From: an uncultured Dehalococcoidales bacterium
GTDB taxonomy: Bacteria; Chloroflexota; Dehalococcoidia; Dehalococcoidales; UBA1222
NCBI GenBank assembly: GCA_964427105.1
Contig: CAYRSY010000004.1
Location: forward strand, 1-38,686
Direction: 5' to 3'
DNA: 38,686 nt
The position numbers and the translations under genes were made by a program. The notes under the pieces are model-generated. The model was not told the origin of the DNA. It saw only the letters and a list, made by a program, of their open reading frames with translations, and did not search any database. Below are positions 8,746 through 16,912 of the stretch, in pieces; the stretch's first letter is position 1, and every line of letters begins with the position of its first letter.

Positions 8746-9014
8746 CTTTTCCTCCTACGCATTTTTTCCTGATTGTTTTGCTACGTTAAGCCGGGTTGAA
8801 CTTCAATTTTCATATCCAACATGAAAGAAGTATCCTCTGAAAATCATCGGCTTTTGTTAAAGGGGGATACTCCGGGAGAAACCGGTTGGTTTCTGTTTTC
8901 CGCTGACTCTCTGCACAATGCTGAATGTGTTATGGTTTTCAATGATATACATGACGGGGAACAAAAAAGGGTCCGTCAGGTTATTTGAAATAGCAAACAA
9001 CACCTCCCTTTCAG

Positions 9015-9054
9015 ATTGTATCTTTGTTTCATTGTATTAGTATAAAGATACAAT
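9015..9054. promoter_or_regulatory. Candidate operator: 11-bp perfect inverted repeat ATTGTATCTTT-N18-AAAGATACAAT, plus a third ATTGTAT half-site at 9031-9037
   Basis: 9015-9025 is the exact reverse complement of 9044-9054. Confidence 0.6.
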
Positions 9055-9073
9055 AACCGTAAAAGGTGTGTCA
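9045..9073 (-). promoter_or_regulatory. Sigma70-like promoter of the fdh operon, TTGACA-N17-TATCTT
   Basis: On the minus strand, -35 is at 9073-9068 and -10 at 9050-9045, 17 nt apart. The -10 lies inside the right arm of the inverted repeat. Confidence 0.45.
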
Positions 9074-9168
9074 AGCATTCAGGGGATATATTCTCGTGTG
9101 GTAACCGGCAGATAATCCGGATGGAAAAATCAATCTGATGATCCAGTGGAAAAGAGCGCTGTCTATGT

Positions 9169-10329
9169 CTAGCCGAAGGTTAAAACGCTGCCGGTCTGGG
9201 ACGTGTCATAACCTTCAATTTCGTTGACTATTCTTTTAAATTCCTTGCTGTTAATGATGCGCAGTAACGGGGACAATTTTTCGCTGTGATAGGTGTTGGC
9301 AGGAATGACCAGATCATACCGTTCACGGAAAAGGGGCAGGAAGTCAAGTCCACAACTTTTGGCCGCCGCTTCTATGCCCAATCCGGCCTCGGCTTTCCCC
9401 TGGACTATCGCCAGACCAACGGCCAAATGATTATCCACTTCAATCTCGTAACCCTTGATGGTGTCCGGATTCAATTTTTGCTGCTTGAGGTGCATGTCGA
9501 GTAAAATCCGGGTTCCAGAACCTCGTTGTCTGTTTATGAATGTGATGTCAGGGCGGGATAAATCCTGCAGCCCTGTTATATTCATCGGGTTTCCCCTTGT
9601 GAACATCAGCCCCTGCACGCGAAAAACCAGATTGACGACATTCATTTCCCGTCCCGGAAGTATGCGCTTGATAAAGGGTATGTTGTATTCACCTGTTTCT
9701 TCATCCAGCAGGTGGATACCGCTCATGTCTGCCTTTTCTTCCTGGAGCGCAATCAGGCCGCTCAGGCTTCCTACATGTGTGAGATCTATCTTAATCTGTT
9801 TAACGAGTTGTCTGCCCAGCGCTACCAGTATATTCAGCGCGATGTCATCACTGCCTACGATGCGAAGCGTATCGCTGGCTTCTGTTGACGAAGGCTGGGT
9901 ATCACGGGGCTCGTTTGAAATTATCCGCTCCTCACGCCACCGTCCGAGATGCGTATAAAAAGCCGCTTCCAGTTCTTCAGGCGTGTACCCCTGACTTAGA
10001 ATCTTGATAATATCTTCATTGACGTTGTCGTTGAGGTGCTGCTCGCGCACCGTTTTCATCATCTGTCCTTCCATACCGGACGCGACGACGGTTCCTCCAC
10101 CGCGTTTGGAGATGACAACCTGCTTTTTTTCCAGTTCAATGTATGCGCGGGCTACAGTATTGGGACTTATGTTGAGCAACGTGCCGAGATATCGAACCGA
10201 AGGAAGATGCTCTCCGGCTTTAAGCTGTTCAGTAACGATAAGATGCTGAAGGTTTTCGGCTATCTGCTGATAAATCGGTCTTGGCGAGCGATAGTCCAGC
10301 GGAATTTTAGTGATAATGCTTTCATCCAT
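9169..10329 (-). CDS. Transcriptional regulator: GntR-type winged HTH fused to a periplasmic-binding-protein-like (PBP-like, oxyanion-binding type) domain
   Basis: PIYQQIAENL...LPSVRYLGTLLNISPNTVARAYIELEKK...GGGTVV is a GntR HTH. The C-terminal half (IVGSDDIALN...GSLSGL...NRQRGSGTRILLD) resembles HTH-associated PBP-like domains. The ATG at 10329 is preferred over the extended ORF start at 10398. Confidence 0.7.
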   Translation of the reverse strand: MDESIITKIPLDYRSPRPIYQQIAENLQHLIVTEQLKAGEHLPSVRYLGTLLNISPNTVARAYIELEKKQVVISKRGGGTVVASGMEGQMMKTVREQHLNDNVNEDIIKILSQGYTPEELEAAFYTHLGRWREERIISNEPRDTQPSSTEASDTLRIVGSDDIALNILVALGRQLVKQIKIDLTHVGSLSGLIALQEEKADMSGIHLLDEETGEYNIPFIKRILPGREMNVVNLVFRVQGLMFTRGNPMNITGLQDLSRPDITFINRQRGSGTRILLDMHLKQQKLNPDTIKGYEIEVDNHLAVGLAIVQGKAEAGLGIEAAAKSCGLDFLPLFRERYDLVIPANTYHSEKLSPLLRIINSKEFKRIVNEIEGYDTSQTGSVLTFG

Positions 10330-10562
10330 GATAAACTCATTATAACAAATACGGACCCCGACGAAAATACCTGAAGAAAATACAGCGTGCAGCTGCATTT
10401 CAGGCGTATTGGTTTTCAGTGAGTTGATTTAACACCTGAAACGCGGGGTTCTTTGTTGTAGCGGACAAATCGCTACCCGCCCCAGATGACACGTTTTTAT
10501 TGAAGTGCTATCATTTTCGAATTGATTTGTAACATAATAAATGATAATCAGGAGATAAATGT

Positions 10563-11504
10563 ATGTCAGGTCATGGGGAATCCAAAACAGCGGTTGTCGC
10601 GGCGGTCGTCGGAAATCTGGCAATAGCCGTTATCAAGTTTATTGCCGCAGCTATCACAGGCTCTTCGGCTATGATTTCTGAGGGAATACATTCGCTGGTC
10701 GATACCGGCAACGGCGGACTATTGCTTCACGGTATGAAACGTGCCAGGCATCAGCCCGATGAACTGCATCCATTCGGCTACGGCAAGGCTCTTTATTTCT
10801 GGACGCTGGTGGTTTCCATATCCATATTCGGCATCGGCGGCGGCCTGTCGCTTTATGAAGGCATTTCACATATCCGTCATGTAGCTCCGGAAGCTGTGAC
10901 TTCCAATCCCGCTGCCAGCTACATCGTGCTGGCAATCTCCGTTCTTATCGAAGGCTGGTCGTTTTCGGTGGCGCTAAGGAGTTTCAACAAGGCCAGGGGT
11001 AAGCAGGGCGCCTGGCAGTATATAAAAAATGCCAAAGACCCCAGCACATATACTGTCGTGCTGGAGGATAGCGCGGCCATGCTTGGCCTTGTTTTTGCTT
11101 TCCTTGGCGTTTTCTTCGGTCATATGCTCAAAAACCCGTATCTGGACGGCGCAGCTTCGGTCGCCATCGGGCTGCTTCTCATGAGCGTGGCGTTCATTCT
11201 GGCTTTTGAAACCAAGAGCCTTCTGCTTGGCGAAGGCGTGGATGCTCAAACACTGGCAGATATACGCAGGCGCGTGGAATCGGACGCTGCTGTGGAAAAG
11301 GCTTCAGGTATCCTTACCATGTATATGGGGCCGAATGATTTGCTTGTGAACCTGGGTGTTTGTTTCAAGAAAGGCACTACTGCCGAACAGATACACGACG
11401 CCATACGCCGGATAGAGACAAATATACAGAGCGCTTATCCCGAATGCCTGCGCATCTACATCGAGGCAGAGTCGCTTTCGAAGCAAAAAGGCGAAAACCC
11501 CTGA
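10563..11504 (+). CDS. Cation diffusion facilitator (CDF) family metal efflux transporter
   Basis: SSAMISEGIHSLVDTGN and DELHPFGYGKALYFW are typical CDF motifs. The SD AGGAG lies 8 nt upstream. Confidence 0.8.
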   Translation: MSGHGESKTAVVAAVVGNLAIAVIKFIAAAITGSSAMISEGIHSLVDTGNGGLLLHGMKRARHQPDELHPFGYGKALYFWTLVVSISIFGIGGGLSLYEGISHIRHVAPEAVTSNPAASYIVLAISVLIEGWSFSVALRSFNKARGKQGAWQYIKNAKDPSTYTVVLEDSAAMLGLVFAFLGVFFGHMLKNPYLDGAASVAIGLLLMSVAFILAFETKSLLLGEGVDAQTLADIRRRVESDAAVEKASGILTMYMGPNDLLVNLGVCFKKGTTAEQIHDAIRRIETNIQSAYPECLRIYIEAESLSKQKGENP

Positions 11505-11569
11505 CATAAATAAAATAGGGAACTGACAAAAAAGTGCTGCTGAGATAGCATCAGCTTCATAAATCCCTT

Positions 11570-11607
11570 AAGCCTCCGGAGACTAAATTCCGGAGGCTTT
11601 TTTATTG
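11570..11607 (+). terminator. Rho-independent terminator after the CDF gene
   Basis: AAGCCTCCGGA-GACTAAAT-TCCGGAGGCTT followed by TTTTATTGTTTT. Confidence 0.8.
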
Positions 11608-11650
11608 TTTTCATCCTCCGCTGCCATTTTGCATTTGCCTATGAATATTC

Positions 11651-11683
11651 TGTAGCAGTCTGTTCTGTAACATGTTTGTAGCA
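11651..11683 (+). promoter_or_regulatory. Three direct TGTA(G/A)CA repeats upstream of amtB (11651, 11666, 11677)
   Basis: TGTAGCAgtctgttcTGTAACAtgttTGTAGCA, read by eye. Confidence 0.35.
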
Positions 11684-11947
11684 TGAATTTAACACAACGA
11701 AATAAAACGGTAATTTGCCCGACATCTTTTTGCCTGATAATTGCAGCGAAAAGAAAAATGATTTTGGAGAGGAGGAGATTATTGTCAGGAAAAGGGGTTT
11801 ATCCGGCAAGCATGGCAATTGTTTCAGAGCACACGCTCTGAAAAGTCTTTTTACAGGCATATTTTGTTTTTAAATTTATCTCTCTGAGATCAAGCAAACG
11901 CTGGACTCTTCAAAACTGGCAGGAGCCCGGCAGGGAAGGAGAATAAC

Positions 11948-13324
11948 ATGGACCTTAAAAACAAGGTCAGAAAAGTAATAACGAGATTGGGGTTGGCCGC
12001 TCTTGCGGTATTCCTCGTCTTTTTCGCATGGATGGCTACATCAGGCGGATCTTCGATAGCAGCAGGCGATCCTGCCGGGGTTGCCAGCACGGCAGATGCC
12101 GCAGTGGATTATGTATGGATATTGGTCTGTGCATTTCTGGTGATGTTCATGCAGGCCGGATTTGCTATGGTTGAAACCGGCTTTTGCCGTTCCAAGAACG
12201 CCACCAACCTGATGGCTAAAAATCTTATGGATTTTGTGCTGGGCTCGCTGCTTTTCTTCTTTGTGGGCTACGCCATAATGATGGGAAGCGACTGGAACGG
12301 GTTGATAGGCACCAGCGGCTGGCTTATGCTGGGCGATTTTTACGATGTGGACGCATATCTGAATATGTTCTGGATGCTGGTGTTCTGCGCCACGGCGGCT
12401 ACCATTGTTTCCGGCGCGATTGCAGAACGGCTTAAATTCAGCGCGTATCTGGTATATAGTGTAATTGTAAGCGCTATCATTTATCCAATTTTTGGACATT
12501 GGGTGTGGGGCGGCGGGTGGCTGGCTAATCTTCCCTTTGGCGCAGGCGCTATGGATTTCGCCGGTTCCGGCGTGGTTCACGCAGTCGGCGGTATGGTAGG
12601 TTTGGCTGGCGCCATTGTCCTCGGCCCCAGATTCGGTAAATTCGGGAAAGACGGTAAACCCAGGGCTATCATGGGGCACAGCATAGTATTGGGCGCGCTT
12701 GGTGTCTTCATACTGTGGTTTGGCTGGTTTGGATTTAATCCCGGCAGCACTTACAGCGCGCACGAGTTAAGGATTGCCGTTATCGCAGTGAATACCAACC
12801 TTGCGGCGGCGGCCGGCGGTCTGATGGCGTTGTTAATATCCAAGTGGAGAACCAAAAAGTGGGACGTCGGCATGGCGCTCAACGGCGTTCTGGCAGGGCT
12901 CGTTGCCATCACGGCTCCCTGCGCCTGGGTGGAAGGATGGGTTGCAATTGTAATCGGCCTCATAGCCGGTATCCTGGTATATGCCGGAATCAAATTCATC
13001 GAATCAAGAGGGATCGATGATCCTGTCGGCGCTGTAAGCGTACACGGCATTAACGGCGTGTGGGGCTTGCTGGCTGTAGGTCTTTTCGCTGATGGCACGT
13101 ACGGTGTAACAGGCCTTTTCTACGGCGATGCGAGCCAGCTTCTGGCGCAGGCTATAGCAGCCGTAACAGTTGTGGCCTGGGCTTTCGGAACCGGATTTAT
13201 TATGTTCAAACTGATGGACAGGATTATGGGTATCCGTGTTTCACCTGAAGAAGAACTGCACGGGCTGGATATTCCCGAACATGGCACGCCGGCCTATCCT
13301 GAATTTGTTCTCAAGCAGGATTAG
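11948..13324 (+). CDS. amtB: Ammonium transporter (Amt family)
   Basis: FLVMFMQAGFAMVETGFCRSKNATNLMAKNLMDF and VHAVGGMVGLAGAIVLGPR are Amt signatures. The SD GGAAGGAG is present. Confidence 0.92.
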   Translation: MDLKNKVRKVITRLGLAALAVFLVFFAWMATSGGSSIAAGDPAGVASTADAAVDYVWILVCAFLVMFMQAGFAMVETGFCRSKNATNLMAKNLMDFVLGSLLFFFVGYAIMMGSDWNGLIGTSGWLMLGDFYDVDAYLNMFWMLVFCATAATIVSGAIAERLKFSAYLVYSVIVSAIIYPIFGHWVWGGGWLANLPFGAGAMDFAGSGVVHAVGGMVGLAGAIVLGPRFGKFGKDGKPRAIMGHSIVLGALGVFILWFGWFGFNPGSTYSAHELRIAVIAVNTNLAAAAGGLMALLISKWRTKKWDVGMALNGVLAGLVAITAPCAWVEGWVAIVIGLIAGILVYAGIKFIESRGIDDPVGAVSVHGINGVWGLLAVGLFADGTYGVTGLFYGDASQLLAQAIAAVTVVAWAFGTGFIMFKLMDRIMGIRVSPEEELHGLDIPEHGTPAYPEFVLKQD

Positions 13325-13359
13325 GTTAGCTGCGATATGAAGCAAGGAGCGTGAATAGA

Positions 13360-13698
13360 ATGAAAAAGATAGAAGCCATAATCAGGCAGGAAAAATTTAC
13401 AGTGGTGAAGGATGCTCTGAAGGATCTGGGGTATCCGGGGCTGACAAAGATTGCAGTAGAAGGGCATGGCAAGCAGAAAGGCGTCAAGCAGCAGTTTCGC
13501 GGAACCATATACGAGGTGGAATTTATTCCTAAAATGAAGCTGGAAATTGTAGTTGCTGACAAGGATGTGGACAAGATAGTGGATTCCATCATCGCGCATG
13601 CCAGAACGGGAGAAGTCGGCGACGGCAAGATTTTCATCTATCCCGTGGATAATGTTATAAGGGTAAGGACGGGAGAAAAGGGCGAGATAGCCTTATAA
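13360..13698 (+). CDS. glnK: Nitrogen regulatory protein P-II (GlnK)
   Basis: MKKIEAIIRQEKF...GHGKQKG...ARTGEVGDGKIFIYPV...RVRTGEKG. The ATG at 13360 lies 10 nt after the SD AAGGAG, and the GTG at 13351 is too close to the SD. Confidence 0.9.
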   Translation: MKKIEAIIRQEKFTVVKDALKDLGYPGLTKIAVEGHGKQKGVKQQFRGTIYEVEFIPKMKLEIVVADKDVDKIVDSIIAHARTGEVGDGKIFIYPVDNVIRVRTGEKGEIAL

Positions 13699-13729
13699 AA
13701 CTATAGCTGTTTCTACAAACAGATAACCG

Positions 13730-13769
13730 GCCTCCTCCCTATATAGTCACAGGGAGGAGGCTTTTTTTT
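13730..13769 (+). terminator. Rho-independent terminator after glnK
   Basis: GCCTCCTCCCT-ATATAGTCAC-AGGGAGGAGGC followed by TTTTTTTT. Confidence 0.85.
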
Positions 13770-13841
13770 GTGCGGGAATGATTAATTGCGAACTTATGCT
13801 TAATTGTATAAGGGATCGGCTTGCAGTCGTTTCCCCTTGAA

Positions 13842-14543
13842 TCAGGACGCAGCGGAACGCTTGATTCGAAAAGAATATCCCGAACCGCGTACAGTCCTTA
13901 TGTATTTCTGGCTGGTATCCCCTATCTTGTCACGTATGCGGCGGATGTGTACATCGACAGTCCGCGTTCCTCCGTAATAGCTGTGGCCCCAGATTGTATT
14001 GAGAAGAGATGATCTGGTATATACATGACCGCGATTGGCAGCGAGATATTTGAGAAGTTCATATTCCTTGAAGGTGAGCGCTACATGTTTTTGCCGGATT
14101 GACACCTGGCAATTGGAAGTGTCGATAGAAAGTTCATCAATGACGATAGTCCCCCTGCTTCCTTTTTGTTTGTATTGAGAAATAGCTCTGGCTAGTCTCA
14201 AGTCAAGTTCCTGCAATGTGCATGGCAGGACAGCGATACCGGAAAATGCCATTTCTGCCGGCATTTTCCCGATAGTATGGCGTGAAACCAGCGCCATTAC
14301 AGGGAAATTATCCGATAATGATATTTTTTCCATGAAAGTTGCGCAGGCGCTTTTTATATCGTTATTCCATTCGCTCAATCCGATGATTACTGCGGCCGGT
14401 GCAAGGTTAAGTATCTCTGCAGGCTTTATATCGGGGAACGCGCTATGCGCCGGAATATATCCGATGGCGCATATTTCTGCCCGGAGTTTTTGAAGCAGCT
14501 TCTGGTTTTGTTCGAGTATTAATACAGTCTGCTTGTTGCCCAT
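13842..14543 (-). CDS. OmpR/PhoB-family winged-helix regulator with a pseudo-receiver domain (no acidic pocket, phospho-acceptor Asp or conserved Lys)
   Basis: The C-terminus LTFKEYELLKYLAANRGHVYTRSSLLNTIWG...RTVDVHIRRIRDKIG...IRTVRGSGY is the Trans_reg_C domain. The N-terminus has VLILEQNQ where DD is expected, VIIGLSEW where the acceptor D is expected, and VLPCT where KP is expected. Confidence 0.75.
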   Translation of the reverse strand: MGNKQTVLILEQNQKLLQKLRAEICAIGYIPAHSAFPDIKPAEILNLAPAAVIIGLSEWNNDIKSACATFMEKISLSDNFPVMALVSRHTIGKMPAEMAFSGIAVLPCTLQELDLRLARAISQYKQKGSRGTIVIDELSIDTSNCQVSIRQKHVALTFKEYELLKYLAANRGHVYTRSSLLNTIWGHSYYGGTRTVDVHIRRIRDKIGDTSQKYIRTVRGSGYSFRIKRSAAS

Positions 14544-14790
14544 AAAAATTTTATCCTTCAGGTTATCCTGATATTAGCAGACACAGGTTTCAGCCAGATT
14601 TCTTTTGGTGTTGCCATCGAAGAACATCCTGGGGAAATTGACGGGAGTAATGTGCGCATTATTCGGCGAGATAGAGATGAAGACGTATAGAATTTATGAT
14701 GGTTTAAGCTATAAAATCGCCGCCCGGGATGCAGTTACAGCAAGCAACATCCCAGACGGCAGAGATTATACGGTCAAGGGAGAAATGATA

Positions 14791-15975
14791 TTATCCGGCG
14801 CCCAGTGAATTGGCTACCAGATTATTGTATTGTTCCTGCGTAATCTCGCAGTGGTAGAAAAGGTTGAAATATTCCGATACCTCGGCATATACATCGTATT
14901 GAGCTATATCGGGATAAAGCAGTTGCGCCATCCATATCATTCCCAGATAGCGTTGCACGGAAGGCGGAAACCCCATCCAGTTGTAAGGGCCGTAAGGGAC
15001 TTCATAGTAGTTGCCGTTGGCAATGGCGGGGATGGTCGCCCAATCTTCGTTATTGCCTACGCTGGAGTAGATGCTGTCCTGTCCGAAGATAATAACGTCC
15101 GGGTTCCATAGCATTATCTGCTCCAGATCGACTTCGTTTCCGGTGCCCTTGCTTGAGGGATTGTCTACTACCGCCAGATTGTTGCATAGCAGGTCGATAA
15201 TTTCGGCGTGATAAGAACCTTTGGCGATAACATTAAGCCCTGCGTCACCGAGGCAGTAAAGCATATTGACCTTACCGTCACCGACTGCATCAACGATGGC
15301 AAGGGTTCTGGCATAAGTCGCATCGCAGTATTCTGCCAGTACCTCTGCCTCGTCTTCCATGCCGAGCAGCTCGCCCAGCATGCGGTAGCAGTCTCCCATG
15401 CCGGCGGTATAGGCGTTGATATGAACGACAGGGATACCCAGTTGCTCTTGCAGTGTGTCCATATCTGCTGCCATGTTATCCTTGACTTCTCCTACGTCTA
15501 TGACGATTTGCGCGCCGGTGGCAGCAATCGTCTCCAGATTCAGTGCGCCCTTTCCGCCATACAGTTGTCCGAGTATGGGGAGATTATAGTATCCGGTATC
15601 CAGGAATTCTTCGGCTGAAGAATCCCACGCGGTGGCAAGCCCTACCAGTTTGTCGGGGCATAGCGCAAAAAGCACTATCTGGGTCAAAGGCCCTGAAAGG
15701 GCGACCCTGGTGATACTGGTGGGCACTTCCGCTTTCCGTCCCAGTGAATCGGTAAAGATGAAAGATTCAGGCTGGGCGGTAGTGGTTGCGGTAACGGTAC
15801 TGGTGGCGGTATTGGTTACGGTGACAGTTGAGTTATTGCCCTGTACGGTAGTAGTTTGTGTTGTTGTCTTGGTTGTCGTTTTGGTTGCGGTAGTGGTTAC
15901 TGTTTGTGTGCATCCGGCCAGCATTGTCGTTATGATACACGACACAAGAAACAACGCCAGGAATTTCTTTTTCAT
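14791..15975 (-). CDS. ABC transporter substrate-binding lipoprotein (FecB/BtuF-type, iron-siderophore/cobalamin class) with Thr-rich linker
   Basis: It has the lipobox MLAGC followed by a ~45-aa T-rich tract, then a periplasmic-binding fold-like sequence. The ATG at 15975 has the SD AGGAG. Confidence 0.75.
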   Translation of the reverse strand: MKKKFLALFLVSCIITTMLAGCTQTVTTTATKTTTKTTTQTTTVQGNNSTVTVTNTATSTVTATTTAQPESFIFTDSLGRKAEVPTSITRVALSGPLTQIVLFALCPDKLVGLATAWDSSAEEFLDTGYYNLPILGQLYGGKGALNLETIAATGAQIVIDVGEVKDNMAADMDTLQEQLGIPVVHINAYTAGMGDCYRMLGELLGMEDEAEVLAEYCDATYARTLAIVDAVGDGKVNMLYCLGDAGLNVIAKGSYHAEIIDLLCNNLAVVDNPSSKGTGNEVDLEQIMLWNPDVIIFGQDSIYSSVGNNEDWATIPAIANGNYYEVPYGPYNWMGFPPSVQRYLGMIWMAQLLYPDIAQYDVYAEVSEYFNLFYHCEITQEQYNNLVANSLGAG

Positions 15976-16120
15976 GCTGAACTCCTTTTTGAGATATATC
16001 AATTAAACCTGTCAGGATTTTATGCGTATGCTTTAAAACGATGCTTGTGGGCGGAAAGGTTAGAATTGTTATTTCATCCTATCAACTCCTTTCTTAAAAT
16101 ATGATTTTTGTAATTTCCGG

Positions 16121-16912
16121 TTAACTCCTGCTGTCGTCCACGACGACTTTAGGAACGCACACACGTACTCTGTCCCTGTAAAGGCTCTGAACCTCGGTGT
16201 CCACCACGTAAAGCTGGTGTATCAGTTCTTTGGTGACGATATCGCAGGGAGAGCCGTAAGCCAGAACTTTGCCTTCCTGAATTGCCAGCACACGGTCTGA
16301 AAACATGAAGGTTTGATCCGGGTTATGTGTGGATTGAACGATCGTATAGCCTTCTCTGGCCAGCGACTTTATTTGTGTCAACACGCGCACCTGGTTTCCG
16401 AAATCAAGATTGGCCGTAGGTTCGTCCAGTATAAGCACCCTAGTTTGCTGTACCAGCGCCCTCGCTATCAGGGCAAGCTGCCGCTCTCCTCCGCTTATCT
16501 TGGTATAACCGCGGTTTTTCAAGTGTATTATCCCCATCCGTTCCAACGCCGATTCTACAAGTTTTATCTGGATTTTCCCGGGGGTGGAGACGGAAGAAAA
16601 CTGTCTGGATGTGCCCATGAGCACCATATCGAAGACGCTAAAATTGAAAGACGGGTGATGGCTCTGTGGAACGTAAGCCACCAGTTTGGCCATTTCCATG
16701 ATGGTCAATCCCCTTATATCGCTGCTGTTAATCTTTATATAGCCTTTATATCTGCTCAAGAGACCCAGTATGCAGTAAAAAAGCGTGCTTTTCCCTACCC
16801 CGTTAGGCCCGACAACGGAAAGCAATTGCCCGCTGTCAGCTTTGGCGTTAATACTGTCCAGCACCAGCCTGTCGCCGTAACTGAATTTAAGGTCGGAAAT
16901 CTCAATGCTCAA
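16121..16912 (-). CDS. ABC transporter ATP-binding protein (FecE/BtuD-like)
   Basis: Walker A is GPNGVGKST, the signature is SGGERQ and Walker B is LILDEP. The TTG start overlaps the upstream stop (TTGA). Confidence 0.9.
   Translation of the reverse strand: MSIEISDLKFSYGDRLVLDSINAKADSGQLLSVVGPNGVGKSTLFYCILGLLSRYKGYIKINSSDIRGLTIMEMAKLVAYVPQSHHPSFNFSVFDMVLMGTSRQFSSVSTPGKIQIKLVESALERMGIIHLKNRGYTKISGGERQLALIARALVQQTRVLILDEPTANLDFGNQVRVLTQIKSLAREGYTIVQSTHNPDQTFMFSDRVLAIQEGKVLAYGSPCDIVTKELIHQLYVVDTEVQSLYRDRVRVCVPKVVVDDSRS

Noticed and set aside
10330-10398. N-terminal extensions suggested by the longest-ORF track, also at 13351, 16002, 19250, 23198, 23977, 24338, 26438 and 34689
   Set aside because: Internal ATGs have better SD spacing, match family N-termini, and remove overlaps with upstream genes.
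11813-11828. Sigma54 promoter upstream of amtB (TGGCA at 11813-11817)
   Set aside because: The -12 GC element is missing at the required spacing (TGGCAATTGTTTCAG).
14605-14808. 67-aa plus-strand ORF between the regulator and the ABC binding-protein genes
   Set aside because: It has no convincing SD and overlaps the 3' end of the binding-protein gene. It has no motif, and the region is better explained as promoter and terminator space.
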